From an uncultured Mollicutes bacterium (GTDB lineage Bacteria; Bacillota_I; Bacilli_A; Acholeplasmatales; Anaeroplasmataceae): DNA of 45,917 bases. This document shows, piece by piece, positions 8,801 to 16,811 of this stretch; position 1 is the first letter of the stretch; every line of letters begins with the position of its first letter. The notes under the pieces were generated by a model. It was not told the origin of the DNA. It made no database searches and worked only from the letters and a program-made list of their open reading frames with translations. The stretch lies in NCBI GenBank assembly GCA_947177025.1, contig CAMWSQ010000001.1:1-45917 (forward strand), read 5' to 3'. The position numbers and the translations under genes were made by a program.

Positions 8801-11463
8801 GCAAAACCAGAACGGTCATAAGCACCTACATTAAATGTAGCTGTTGATGGATTAGCACTTGTAGTTCCAACAGGAAGGATAGTTGCTTCATATGAGCCTG
8901 GAACAACACCAAGTATATCTGCACGCATATTTCCATTAACTTCTCTAAAGTAAACGCTCTTTTCATTAAGTACTCTAACAATACCGCTTGAATTCTTTAA
9001 TGAAATAGAATATCCAGTTGCACCTGATACCTTTTTAAAGGAAATAAATGCTGCTTCATTTAATCCGGCTGCTTCTATAATTTCAACAGAACCCTTTTGT
9101 CCTACTAATCCTTGACCACCTTCAACATAGTCAGAAGCTTCTGGATCCTTTTCCCATTTTACATAAATAGTTGTATCTTTAGTAAATGGAGTTGAGAAAT
9201 CAAATTCATTAGAATATGAACTATCTGCATACCAACCAGCAAAGATATAATTTGGTCTTTGTGGTGTATCAGGTTCATCTATTGTTTCACCGCGATAAAC
9301 TTCGATATCTTCTATTTCAGCACCTACAAAGTTAATAATTAATGGTTTTTCAGCCCATTTTGCATGTAAAGTATAATTCTTTGTAACTGGTTGACTGAAA
9401 TCATGCTTTGTAATATAGTCAACATCGTCATACCAACCCTTAAAGATATAGCCATCTCTTACTGGTTCATCAGGAGCTGCAACCTTTTGTCCTTCATTTA
9501 CTTGTTTATCTGGAATATTGCTACCACCCTGTGAATTGTATTGAATTGTAAATACAGGTAGGCTTGGATCTACAGGTTTTTCTTCCCACTTTGCATATAA
9601 TGTAATTTCATCTACAATCTTAGTTGTAAAATCAAAAGCCGTAGTAGAAGTAAGATCTGTAAACCAACCTTTAAAGATATAGCCATCTCTTACTGGATCT
9701 GTAGGCTCAGTCAATGCTTGCCACTTATTCACAATAACATCTTGAACCGCTGAACCATTTCTAGCATCCAAATGTACTTCCACTTCTACTGGAACATTGT
9801 ATTCCATTAAAGTAAATACATTAATTTTTACGGAAGCATTAGTTGTGATTGTATATGTACCAGCAGGTAATCCATCCATAGATATTGTCTTTGATACTTG
9901 GTAGTTAATTTCCCAAGTGGCAAGTACAGTATCTGCTTGTTTCAATTGCACTGTTACAACTTTAGTAGTTCCAGAAGCACCAGAGCCTGTTAAAGTAAAT
10001 CCATTGCTTATTGTACCATTTACAGTAAATGTAACGCTTTTACCTTGTGTATTTAAAATTGCAGCCTCTGTCTTTACACCAGCTTCAACTGCAAATTGAC
10101 CTATAGTCAATTCCTTATCTGTCTTACTATTAGAATCAAGATTTGATTGTGCAAGAGTATGGAAAGAACCGAATGGGAATTTAAGTGTTTTATCTTCTAC
10201 ATCAGAAGATGTCTTTGCTTCCCACTTTGCATAAAGCGTAATGCTTGATGTTATTACAGTATCAAAATCCCATTCCTTTGTAAAATCTTTATCTTCATAC
10301 CAACCAACAAATGTATGGTTTGCTTTTACTGGATCTGGGTTAGGTTTTATAACTTTTCCACCTACTGAAACAGTCTGTGTAGATAATGAAGTTCCACTAA
10401 ACGTTACAGTGCATTCTGTTGCTTCCCATTTCGCATGAAGTGTTGCATTTCCACTGATTGTTGCACCTGGTGTTGCAGATGTTGTATATGAAGCATCTAA
10501 ATACCAACCAACAAAATGCCAGCCTTCTACATCCTTTACAGAAGGAAGTGGATTAGGCAATGCCGTTCTTCCATTTAATTTTGTAGGTGTTGAACCATGA
10601 CCATGCATATTAAATGAAATAGTATACGTGTTTGGTCCTGGTGGAGTAACTTGCTTTTCCTCCCACTTTGCATATAATGTTGTATTCGCAGTAAGTGTTG
10701 CTCCTGCTACTGCCTCAGTTCCTGTATCAAATGTTGGTGTTGTAAACCAACCAATAAAATGCCAGCCTTCTACATCTGCTACTGGTGGTAATGTTGCAGG
10801 TAATGCTGTTGCTTCTGCTACATCCTCTGGCTTTTCTCCATGTTCACTAACATAAGTAATTGAATATTTCTCTGTTGGTGTAGGCGGAGTTTTCTTTGCT
10901 TCCCACTTTGCATATAGTGTTATATTCGCAGTAAGTGTTGAGCCTGCTTCTGCAGCTGTTGCAAATGTATCTTCTAAATACCAACCAACAAAGTGCCAAC
11001 CTTCTACATCTGCTACTGGTGGTAATGTTGCAGGTAATGCTGTTGCTTCTGCTACATCCTCTGGCTTTTCTCCATGTTCACTAACATAAGTAATTGAATA
11101 TTTCTCTGTTGGTGTTGGTGGAGTAGGTTTATCTTCTTCCCACTTTGCATATAAAGTCACATTACCTGTTACTACATCTAGACTAAAAAGCCATTCTGCA
11201 GTACAAGTAGTATCCTTATACCAACCCTTAAATATATATCCCTCTCTAGTTGGGTCTGTAGGCTTAGTTACCTTACTACCCTTATGAATGGTTTGAGATG
11301 GGACTTGAGAGCCATTCCTTGAATCGAAGGTAACTACATATTCTGCTACTTGATCTGTTTTGTCATCGTCTTTTTTGTCATTACCACCTGTAGAACAAGC
11401 TGCCAAACCGACAACAGCAACTAGGCAAACTAGCAAAATAATTACCTTTCTTCCTAATTTCAT
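5890..11463 (-). CDS. 1857-aa cell-surface lipoprotein with Flg_new repeats, a PL1 pectate-lyase-like beta-helix, helical repeats and a C-terminal beta-sandwich
   Basis: Signal peptide with lipobox LAAC (Cys23). Eight repeats end in (L/I)(Y/H)(A/V)KW(E/A), with GYIFKGWY- or WHFVGWY-type cores. The PL1 signature reads CWIHNNEF ... TVSYNYFEGCHKTNLVGSSDS ... TYHHNLW ... ARGPLAR ... IHMYNNAF, at roughly 7850..8700. Confidence 0.85.
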   Translation of the reverse strand: MKLGRKVIILLVCLVAVVGLAACSTGGNDKKDDDKTDQVAEYVVTFDSRNGSQVPSQTIHKGSKVTKPTDPTREGYIFKGWYKDTTCTAEWLFSLDVVTGNVTLYAKWEEDKPTPPTPTEKYSITYVSEHGEKPEDVAEATALPATLPPVADVEGWHFVGWYLEDTFATAAEAGSTLTANITLYAKWEAKKTPPTPTEKYSITYVSEHGEKPEDVAEATALPATLPPVADVEGWHFIGWFTTPTFDTGTEAVAGATLTANTTLYAKWEEKQVTPPGPNTYTISFNMHGHGSTPTKLNGRTALPNPLPSVKDVEGWHFVGWYLDASYTTSATPGATISGNATLHAKWEATECTVTFSGTSLSTQTVSVGGKVIKPNPDPVKANHTFVGWYEDKDFTKEWDFDTVITSSITLYAKWEAKTSSDVEDKTLKFPFGSFHTLAQSNLDSNSKTDKELTIGQFAVEAGVKTEAAILNTQGKSVTFTVNGTISNGFTLTGSGASGTTKVVTVQLKQADTVLATWEINYQVSKTISMDGLPAGTYTITTNASVKINVFTLMEYNVPVEVEVHLDARNGSAVQDVIVNKWQALTEPTDPVRDGYIFKGWFTDLTSTTAFDFTTKIVDEITLYAKWEEKPVDPSLPVFTIQYNSQGGSNIPDKQVNEGQKVAAPDEPVRDGYIFKGWYDDVDYITKHDFSQPVTKNYTLHAKWAEKPLIINFVGAEIEDIEVYRGETIDEPDTPQRPNYIFAGWYADSSYSNEFDFSTPFTKDTTIYVKWEKDPEASDYVEGGQGLVGQKGSVEIIEAAGLNEAAFISFKKVSGATGYSISLKNSSGIVRVLNEKSVYFREVNGNMRADILGVVPGSYEATILPVGTTSANPSTATFNVGAYDRSGFAHFNYTDGVGAYNDDGSLKKNAIVLWVTDENKNTIELSYKGVTVRGIGNILNSVGQDTGGGATSNGGTPNTNQGIIRLLAENDIPLVVRFVGCVSNTGLYKKGTFNASATPKIDGLTIYDSTGHGGTVGDNGHMARMKSGKDVTLEGVGEDAVIDGWGFHYMAESSAPDLGKSFEVRNLTFINTPEDAIGMEGVQASANTNSILTASVERCWIHNNEFYGPSITSPAESDKSEGDGSCDFKRGQYLTVSYNYFEGCHKTNLVGSSDSSLQFNLTYHHNLWYLCKARGPLARNANIHMYNNAFIGQTDYAMNTRANSYIFSEYNMFYMCKSPTAVESGAIKSYKDSVASYLSNKGSLATVVTDKSQTVSNNCQFSSAGINYSSFDTNPAQSYIPTGDYVLQTDVTLARKAIASKVGVSKDHPVAMTDITMSDISLLPSGTTVNNITTYPSSLTPGKMNKKVYAFSLDRAATVTLNCNEDAVLCNEAGVAMLEGNGSVVLTAGTYMVQPVNFQPGDAKAVTMGTFKDLTINSISFEEYNSEELNQQMIAQFEAKVNAIPASITYTDACLNAINAAKEAYKNLSPELKTRVSASYAKVTTAYSNYLAAGVTYVEGLINAIGTVDANSGSAISSARAAYNTLTKTDSSVKVSNLSTLTAAEAAFATYAIDSCIAKIDAIGDVTLESRAAITAARNEYNALSTTDKAKITNRQKLFDAEAAYANLEAIDHVTTLINEVDLTDIASCQAVVEAYNELTEEQKLLIDDTDTISNIRVTYVKLLIDAIPATIDVNASDAIYAAQDAYDGLTTAEKSQVSNYAKLQAALEELNSVAEERSIWSSSSKTFADKEFTYTNANTGSASGSTTVKNDSPTILVSKFKVTNLSKIDIAFTVEDKGTSNITVYYSTDGINWTQFGSPQTNGSNKTSVEHTITSSEAYIAGDVYIKIEGTCTKGSNKYITIESLEIYGYGSLKYDA
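10657..11124 (-). repeat. In-frame tandem duplication of a 234-bp (78-aa) Flg_new repeat unit
   Basis: 10766..10881 and 11000..11115 are identical over 116 nt at an offset of exactly 234 bp. The encoded units TPPTPTEKYSITYVSEHGEKPEDVAEATALPATLPPVADVEGWHF(V/I)GW are near-identical. Confidence 0.85.
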
Positions 11464-11632
11464 TTGAGTTCCCTCACTTTCTTTTTTATCTATAAAATAA
11501 TGGTCCCTATTTTATAAGAACAGCGTTTCTTATAATAGCTTCCTTATTTTCTATTTTATGATTGATTCACAATATAAATATAAATTTTTAATCAATAATA
11601 CAAATTCATTGCAATATTTAATTAATGTGAAA

Positions 11633-11657
11633 TATAGGGTGCACTAGGCACCCTATA
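11633..11657 (-). terminator. Hairpin terminator 12 nt after the 43-aa ORF
   Basis: Perfect 10-bp stem TATAGGGTGC / GCACCCTATA with a 5-nt loop. The trailing U-tract on the minus strand is short (TTTCACATT). Confidence 0.55.
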
Positions 11658-11669
11658 AATCTTAATTTT

Positions 11670-11801
11670 TTATTTTCCCCAACGAACTGCGTTAGGACTT
11701 GGAGCAGGAAGGCTTCCTCCTGGAATATCTACACTTACAGAACAAATATCTTCAATTTGTACTTTTTCTTCTTCTAAAATTGGTTTTTCATATTTTTTCA
11801 T
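11670..11801 (-). CDS. Unannotated 43-aa ORF; candidate RRE-recognised (RiPP-type) precursor peptide
   Basis: Hand translation gives MKKYEKPILEEEKVQIEDICSVSVDIPGGSLPAPSPNAVRWGK. An RBS AAGGAGA lies 10 nt upstream of the ATG, immediately after the stop of the 560-aa gene, and a hairpin follows. Residues Y4-x-x-P7-x-L9 match the YxxPxL leader motif of lasso-type precursors. Confidence 0.5.
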   Translation of the reverse strand: MKKYEKPILEEEKVQIEDICSVSVDIPGGSLPAPSPNAVRWGK

Positions 11802-11819
11802 TTTTAAAAATCTCCTTTA

Positions 11820-13502
11820 TTAAGCTTGAGCTCCAAGAACTGTATAAACTGTAGTGAATCCTTCTACCCACTCACCATTTGCATCTTCTCTTGAATAAGC
11901 TGTAGCAGTTATTTCTTTGCCTACATATTGTTCAGCAAGATTAGCACCATCATTTGATACAGCAACAACAGCTACATAATAGAAAGTATTGTTTTTTACA
12001 CCAAATGTATAAGTTTCACCATTTACTTCAGCTGAATAAATTTCACCTTTAGATGTAAGAGAGTCAGTAAGTGTGAATAATTCTGTAATGTCAAATCCAT
12101 CACCTAAGCCTTCACCAGTTAAAACAACTTTCATATTTTCTTTCATTGAATTCCAATAATCAGCCTTTATATTTTCAACAATGAATACATATCTAACTAA
12201 TTCAGTTCCCTCATCGTTATATCCAGTTGATTGATTAAACATAACACTTGGCTCTGGATCAGCTACAAAGCTAATATGATGAATCCATAAAGAACCCTCA
12301 GTTGAACCGAAATAATAATCACCTGCAGCAGGAATATTAATTTCTGCTAAAGCTGGATTCTCTCCATCAAATTTATCAGTTGTTGAAAGATCTAATTCAT
12401 TAGGACCCAAAACAGAAACAACTACGCTCTTACCACTACTTCCACTTCTTACCCAAAGAGCAAGTTTTCCTGAATTAGAAGCATGTAAAATCATTCCGTT
12501 CTTTGATTCAGATACACTTAATGATCCACCTGTTTTAATTGCGTTTTCTGAAGATCCTAAATCACCACAAGCCTTTGCAGAAGCAGCAAATGATGTACTT
12601 CCACCTAACATTGAATAACTAGTTCCTTCAAGATGAACATTTCCAGTTGCACGTGAACCAAATACAGCAGCGCCCTTATTCATTAAACCAAAGTCAAGTG
12701 TATTTGCATCAGCAATTACACCAGCTGCCCATGGAGTCCACTTAACATATAAATCAGTATTCTCATTAACTACTGCAGATAAACTAGCCTCAGTAGATAA
12801 TTCTGCATCGCTATAAACACCTGCAAAATCATATCCCCATTTTGTAGGAACATATGAAGGAGCTGATCCTTTTGCTACTTCTTCAACTGTTAAAACACTC
12901 TCGCCATCATGGAAAGTTACATTTACTAATTCTGCTGTAGCTTCAAATTCACCTGTAGTTAAAACAATAGAGAAACTAACCATTTTTACTTCTGTATTAG
13001 ATTTTCCTGATGCTTCTTCAAATGCTGTAAATACTAAATAACCATCAGTGATATCGTCTGCAGTAAATGTTACTGAATCGCCACTTACGCTACTTGCTAT
13101 CTTCTTGTTAGCATCTGCATTTAAGTATAGGCATCTAGTAGATTGATTTCCTTGAGCAACTAGAGTTGCTGTTCCTGCAGAACCAGCTGGAACAGGGAAG
13201 GAAATAACTCCACCTGCAACACCAGTAGTCTTAGTATAAACATCTAAGTATCCAGCAGCACCCTTAGTTGCTTTACCACCCATAGCACCAAGAGTAACGC
13301 CTCCAGTTAAGACATCTCCTGTAGCATAATTCTTTGTTGCTGAAGTTGCACTATAATCCCACGTTGCAGTATCATTTGTGTTTGTCGTGGTTGTTACTTT
13401 ATAAGTACCAAATTCTTCTTCAGCAGCACTTACTTTTACCATTGCCACTGTGAATGCAAATAATGCTACAAAGGCAAATAGTAAACCTTTAATTTTTTTC
13501 AT
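11820..13502 (-). CDS. Secreted protein of unknown function with one Flg_new-type repeat
   Basis: Sec signal peptide MKKIKGLLFAFVALFAFTVAMVKVSA/AEE. There is one WGYDFAGVY...DLYVKW repeat and no recognisable catalytic motif or anchor. Confidence 0.8.
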   Translation of the reverse strand: MKKIKGLLFAFVALFAFTVAMVKVSAAEEEFGTYKVTTTTNTNDTATWDYSATSATKNYATGDVLTGGVTLGAMGGKATKGAAGYLDVYTKTTGVAGGVISFPVPAGSAGTATLVAQGNQSTRCLYLNADANKKIASSVSGDSVTFTADDITDGYLVFTAFEEASGKSNTEVKMVSFSIVLTTGEFEATAELVNVTFHDGESVLTVEEVAKGSAPSYVPTKWGYDFAGVYSDAELSTEASLSAVVNENTDLYVKWTPWAAGVIADANTLDFGLMNKGAAVFGSRATGNVHLEGTSYSMLGGSTSFAASAKACGDLGSSENAIKTGGSLSVSESKNGMILHASNSGKLALWVRSGSSGKSVVVSVLGPNELDLSTTDKFDGENPALAEINIPAAGDYYFGSTEGSLWIHHISFVADPEPSVMFNQSTGYNDEGTELVRYVFIVENIKADYWNSMKENMKVVLTGEGLGDGFDITELFTLTDSLTSKGEIYSAEVNGETYTFGVKNNTFYYVAVVAVSNDGANLAEQYVGKEITATAYSREDANGEWVEGFTTVYTVLGAQA

Positions 13503-13570
13503 ATTTTTTTCGTTCTCCTTTATAAATTTTTTTTGTAAAAAAGCCTGTAAACGTTTTCTTTACAAGGTTT

Positions 13571-13599
13571 ATTGTACCACCCATATATTTATTTGTCAA
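13571..13599 (-). promoter_or_regulatory. Promoter of the 560-aa gene and small-ORF unit
   Basis: Minus strand reads TTGACA (13599..13594), 17 nt, then TACAAT (13576..13571). Confidence 0.6.
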
Positions 13600-13642
13600 G
13601 AAAAACGCTTACTTTCATTTGCTTTTTATTAAAAAAAATAAA

Positions 13643-13687
13643 AAAACTGTAAAAATATCACCAAAAATGGGAATTTTTTACAGTTTT
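13643..13687 (-). terminator. Terminator closing the five-gene RRE/kinase operon
   Basis: 13-bp AT-rich stem AAAACTGTAAAAA / TTTTTACAGTTTT with a 19-nt loop, followed on the minus strand by a long T-rich run. Confidence 0.5.
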
Positions 13688-13718
13688 AATATTATATATT
13701 AAACTTAAAAAGCTTATT

Positions 13719-14813
13719 TTACTTTATTCCTAACTTCTTATAGAGTTCTTTTTCTTCTTCTGAAATCTTATTTTTTTTGGAAAATAACAACCGAAATAGT
13801 TTACCTGTTTGTGTGAATAGCAGATAAAAAATTCGATGGATTAAACACAACGGATAGGTGAACCAATGCTTTCCTAAATGAGGGTATTTGGCAATACGAT
13901 AGCTTTTATCTGTTAAGAATGTTCCTCCTAGAATGGCTTTGAATTTATAGTTTTTCATTCCAAAGCCTTTTTCTTGAATATCATTTTCTTCCCCAAATCC
14001 ATGAATGCCAGATTTTAATAAGTAATCAACAAAGAATTGAATATCTTCTTTTGGAAAATTATCTAACTCTTCTTCAGTCAAAAAATAAATTGTGTTTAAG
14101 ATGTTATAATATAGCTTTGTATATCCAACTTGTCCAATGATGGAGTGAAGCAAATTCAAATCCATATTCCATTTTTTAAGCATATAATAAAAATCTAATA
14201 TATATCTTAAACCTGCACCTCGCACTAAATGATTTGCAAAATGGTGAAGACAAAATACAAAATGATTTTCATTTGTAAATTCATAAAGATATTCTTCCTT
14301 TTTCACTGCAAGAGAAAAAGGTTTCTTGAAATACTCTAATGTTCGGTAGTGATCAAATAAAGAATAATGCACCTCTACTATATGCCCATCTCTTTCAAAT
14401 TCAATATGATGCTGTGCTTCATAGCCTAAAATCTTATATCCACTTTGAAGCATAATCTCTTTTGCCTCATTAAGTTTATCCGTATTTACTAAAACATCAA
14501 TATCTCCACGTGTTCTAAGAGAAGAATCGGGATATAGTTCGTGAAGAACACTTCCTTTGAAATACAAATGTTTGATTTCTGCCGCATTCAGCTTTTCGGT
14601 AAGCTCCTTTTGCATACGAATAAATGATTCCTGCATGATAGATGCCGAAATATAAAAGGGTCTGTATTCTTTTTTTTGATATACAATATATAAAAATGGT
14701 GTTAGAGCTTGTTCCTTTGCTTTAGAAATAATTTCGGATTCTAAAGTAGGATCCATTTCTAAAGTTTCTTCTTTAAAATATGCCTTTAGCATATCTATAA
14801 TCGGATGCTGCAT
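13719..14813 (-). CDS. Nucleotidyltransferase of the NTP_transf_5 (PF14907-like) type
   Basis: The motif HLYFKGSVLHELYPDSSLRTRGDIDVLV matches the hG[GS]...DxD pol-beta-type NTase core as it appears in the family that co-occurs with PqqD and HprK-like genes. The start lies 1 nt after the ABC gene stop. Confidence 0.7.
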   Translation of the reverse strand: MQHPIIDMLKAYFKEETLEMDPTLESEIISKAKEQALTPFLYIVYQKKEYRPFYISASIMQESFIRMQKELTEKLNAAEIKHLYFKGSVLHELYPDSSLRTRGDIDVLVNTDKLNEAKEIMLQSGYKILGYEAQHHIEFERDGHIVEVHYSLFDHYRTLEYFKKPFSLAVKKEEYLYEFTNENHFVFCLHHFANHLVRGAGLRYILDFYYMLKKWNMDLNLLHSIIGQVGYTKLYYNILNTIYFLTEEELDNFPKEDIQFFVDYLLKSGIHGFGEENDIQEKGFGMKNYKFKAILGGTFLTDKSYRIAKYPHLGKHWFTYPLCLIHRIFYLLFTQTGKLFRLLFSKKNKISEEEKELYKKLGIK

Positions 14814-14814
14814 A

Positions 14815-16398
14815 CTACACCCCCTTAAATGGAATGACTCTTTGACGTTCCATTTCCTTACTTCTATGAGAAATGAAAATAATTGTCTTATCTAGCTTCT
14901 GTAATCTTTCCATAATTTCTTCTTCATTCTTTTGGTCTAATGCACTAGAAAACTCATCCAACAACAGTACTGGACGATCCCGTAATAACGCAATTGCTAT
15001 CCAAATACGTTGAATCTGCCCTAAGGATAATCCGCCACCTCGTTCTTTTAACACTGTATCTAGACCATCTTGCATTTCTAATAACTCATCATAAATGTTC
15101 GTAAGCCTTAAAGCTTCTATTGCTTCTTCCTTCGTTTTACCTGTTAGAATATAAATATTTTCAGCAATTGTTCCGCTAAATAAAATGTTTTCCTGTGGTA
15201 CATAGCTAAACAAGGATGGAGATATAGGATACTTCTCTCCTTTATATTTAAGATAAATTTCTCCTTCATCTGGCTTTAAAAAACCCATCATCAGCATAAA
15301 CACTGTGGTTTTTCCAATTCCTGATGGTCCCTGAAATAAAACAATCTCATTCTTTTTAATTTCAAAGGAAAAATCCTTGATTACAGGCTGCTCCTTATAT
15401 GCAAAGGAAACATGTTCAAATACAATAGAATCAAAATCCTCTACTTCTTCTGTTTCTTCTAGCTTTTCTAATTGATATACATGATTGACTCTTTTCTTAG
15501 AAGCCATTGCTAAATTATGCTGATTCCAAAGAGATGAAAAAGATAATAATGGATTTTGAATATTACTAAGTAACTGAACTAATGCAATCATACTACCATA
15601 GGTTAATGCTTGAATGCTAATGGTATATGCACCATAGCATAAAGTGAATAAATAAATGATATTGCTAAAACCAAATAATCCACTATTTGCCATAAACAAA
15701 ATACGATTTCGTTTTCTCTTTGTTTCAATTTGGTTTTCATTTAATCCATCGAAATGGTGGTTTGAAAATTCTGCTGCATCATAGGCTTGGATTAGCTTCA
15801 TTTGTGCAATGGATTCAATAATATACCCATTAAATTTTCCTTCACTTTCTAAAACTCTGTGATGATGTGGACGAATCCATTTTGAATATAGTTTGGCAAA
15901 AATAAGACCCAAAATACCACAGGCAAGAATTAAGATAAGGAAACGATAATCAATGTAAATCACAATTCCAATTGCTATAATCAATCTTGCTGCCTGTCTA
16001 ATAAAATTAGGAATTGTATCCAATTCATACCGTATTAAATTTTGAATATCCGCTGTAAACAACTGTTCAATTTCAGCAGTATGATAGGTTGCAACCTCTG
16101 CGTACTTGCTTTCAAATATACGATAAAATAAAGCTTCCTTTATTTCTTTTTCTCGTTTTATAGAAAAGTGATAATAACACGCATTTTCAATAAGATATAA
16201 AATAATATCCATAAAAATAGCAATAGAAACCCATAAGATATTCCAAAATAATGGCTTCAAATCAGGATTGGTTGTTTTAGATGCCTCTACCGCAAAATCT
16301 ACTAGCCTACTTGTAAGAATAGGAACTGCCAATAAAAAGCATGAATAAAAGAAAGCAATGACAGATAAGATGGCACTATATTTTTTATTTAATTTCAT
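14815..16398 (-). CDS. ABC exporter, fused permease and ATPase
   Basis: Six-TM N-terminal half. Walker A GPSGIGKTT, signature LSLGQIQR, Walker B LLLDEFSSALD. The likely start is ATG at 16398 (MKLNKKYS), forming an ATGA overlap with the peptidase stop; the supplied track starts at 16413. Confidence 0.9.
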   Translation of the reverse strand: MKLNKKYSAILSVIAFFYSCFLLAVPILTSRLVDFAVEASKTTNPDLKPLFWNILWVSIAIFMDIILYLIENACYYHFSIKREKEIKEALFYRIFESKYAEVATYHTAEIEQLFTADIQNLIRYELDTIPNFIRQAARLIIAIGIVIYIDYRFLILILACGILGLIFAKLYSKWIRPHHHRVLESEGKFNGYIIESIAQMKLIQAYDAAEFSNHHFDGLNENQIETKRKRNRILFMANSGLFGFSNIIYLFTLCYGAYTISIQALTYGSMIALVQLLSNIQNPLLSFSSLWNQHNLAMASKKRVNHVYQLEKLEETEEVEDFDSIVFEHVSFAYKEQPVIKDFSFEIKKNEIVLFQGPSGIGKTTVFMLMMGFLKPDEGEIYLKYKGEKYPISPSLFSYVPQENILFSGTIAENIYILTGKTKEEAIEALRLTNIYDELLEMQDGLDTVLKERGGGLSLGQIQRIWIAIALLRDRPVLLLDEFSSALDQKNEEEIMERLQKLDKTIIFISHRSKEMERQRVIPFKGV

Positions 16399-16811
16399 AG
16401 TAATTTCCCACAAAATCTTCGAAATAATTTAAAGCGCACAAAAAAACGATATGTACGATACCTTATTCCCTTTAAAAGATATTGCTTATCCTTTCCTTGT
16501 TTTTTATATGCAATGACTTTGCCAATCAGTTGAGCTCCCTCTATATTTGGCTCTTCTATAGTCTGATGATCTCCTACAAAGGTGTATGTATTATCCTTGA
16601 TTCTTCTTACTCGATGCAAAACAAATTGACCATTTTGTCTGCGATATAATAAGATATCTCCTATACGAATAGAAACAATTTTGGATAATTCCACAACATC
16701 ATTTGAATGAAGCATAGGCTGCATACTTGTCCCCTGTACTGGAAATGTAAAGGTCTGATTGTTTTCAAATGCCTCTAAAATCAAAGGATAAAAATCCTCC
16801 ACTCTAATCAT
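16395..16811 (-). CDS. Small soluble S24/S26-family peptidase with a Sec11/SipW-like Ser/His arrangement
   Basis: GTSMQPML matches the GxSMxP nucleophile box, FVLHRV matches the vHRv box and FVGDHQ resembles the GDN box. There is no N-terminal TM segment. The start is ATG at 16811 or GTG at 16823, and both overlap the PqqD stop. Confidence 0.65.
   Translation of the reverse strand: MIRVEDFYPLILEAFENNQTFTFPVQGTSMQPMLHSNDVVELSKIVSIRIGDILLYRRQNGQFVLHRVRRIKDNTYTFVGDHQTIEEPNIEGAQLIGKVIAYKKQGKDKQYLLKGIRYRTYRFFVRFKLFRRFCGKLL

Noticed and set aside
6119-10855. Plus-strand ORFs 6119..6367, 6701..6979, 9917..10099, 10241..10438 and 10628..10855
   Set aside because: They lie entirely antisense within the 1857-aa gene, have low-complexity translations, and have no RBS. 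They are shadow ORFs of a long repeat-rich CDS.
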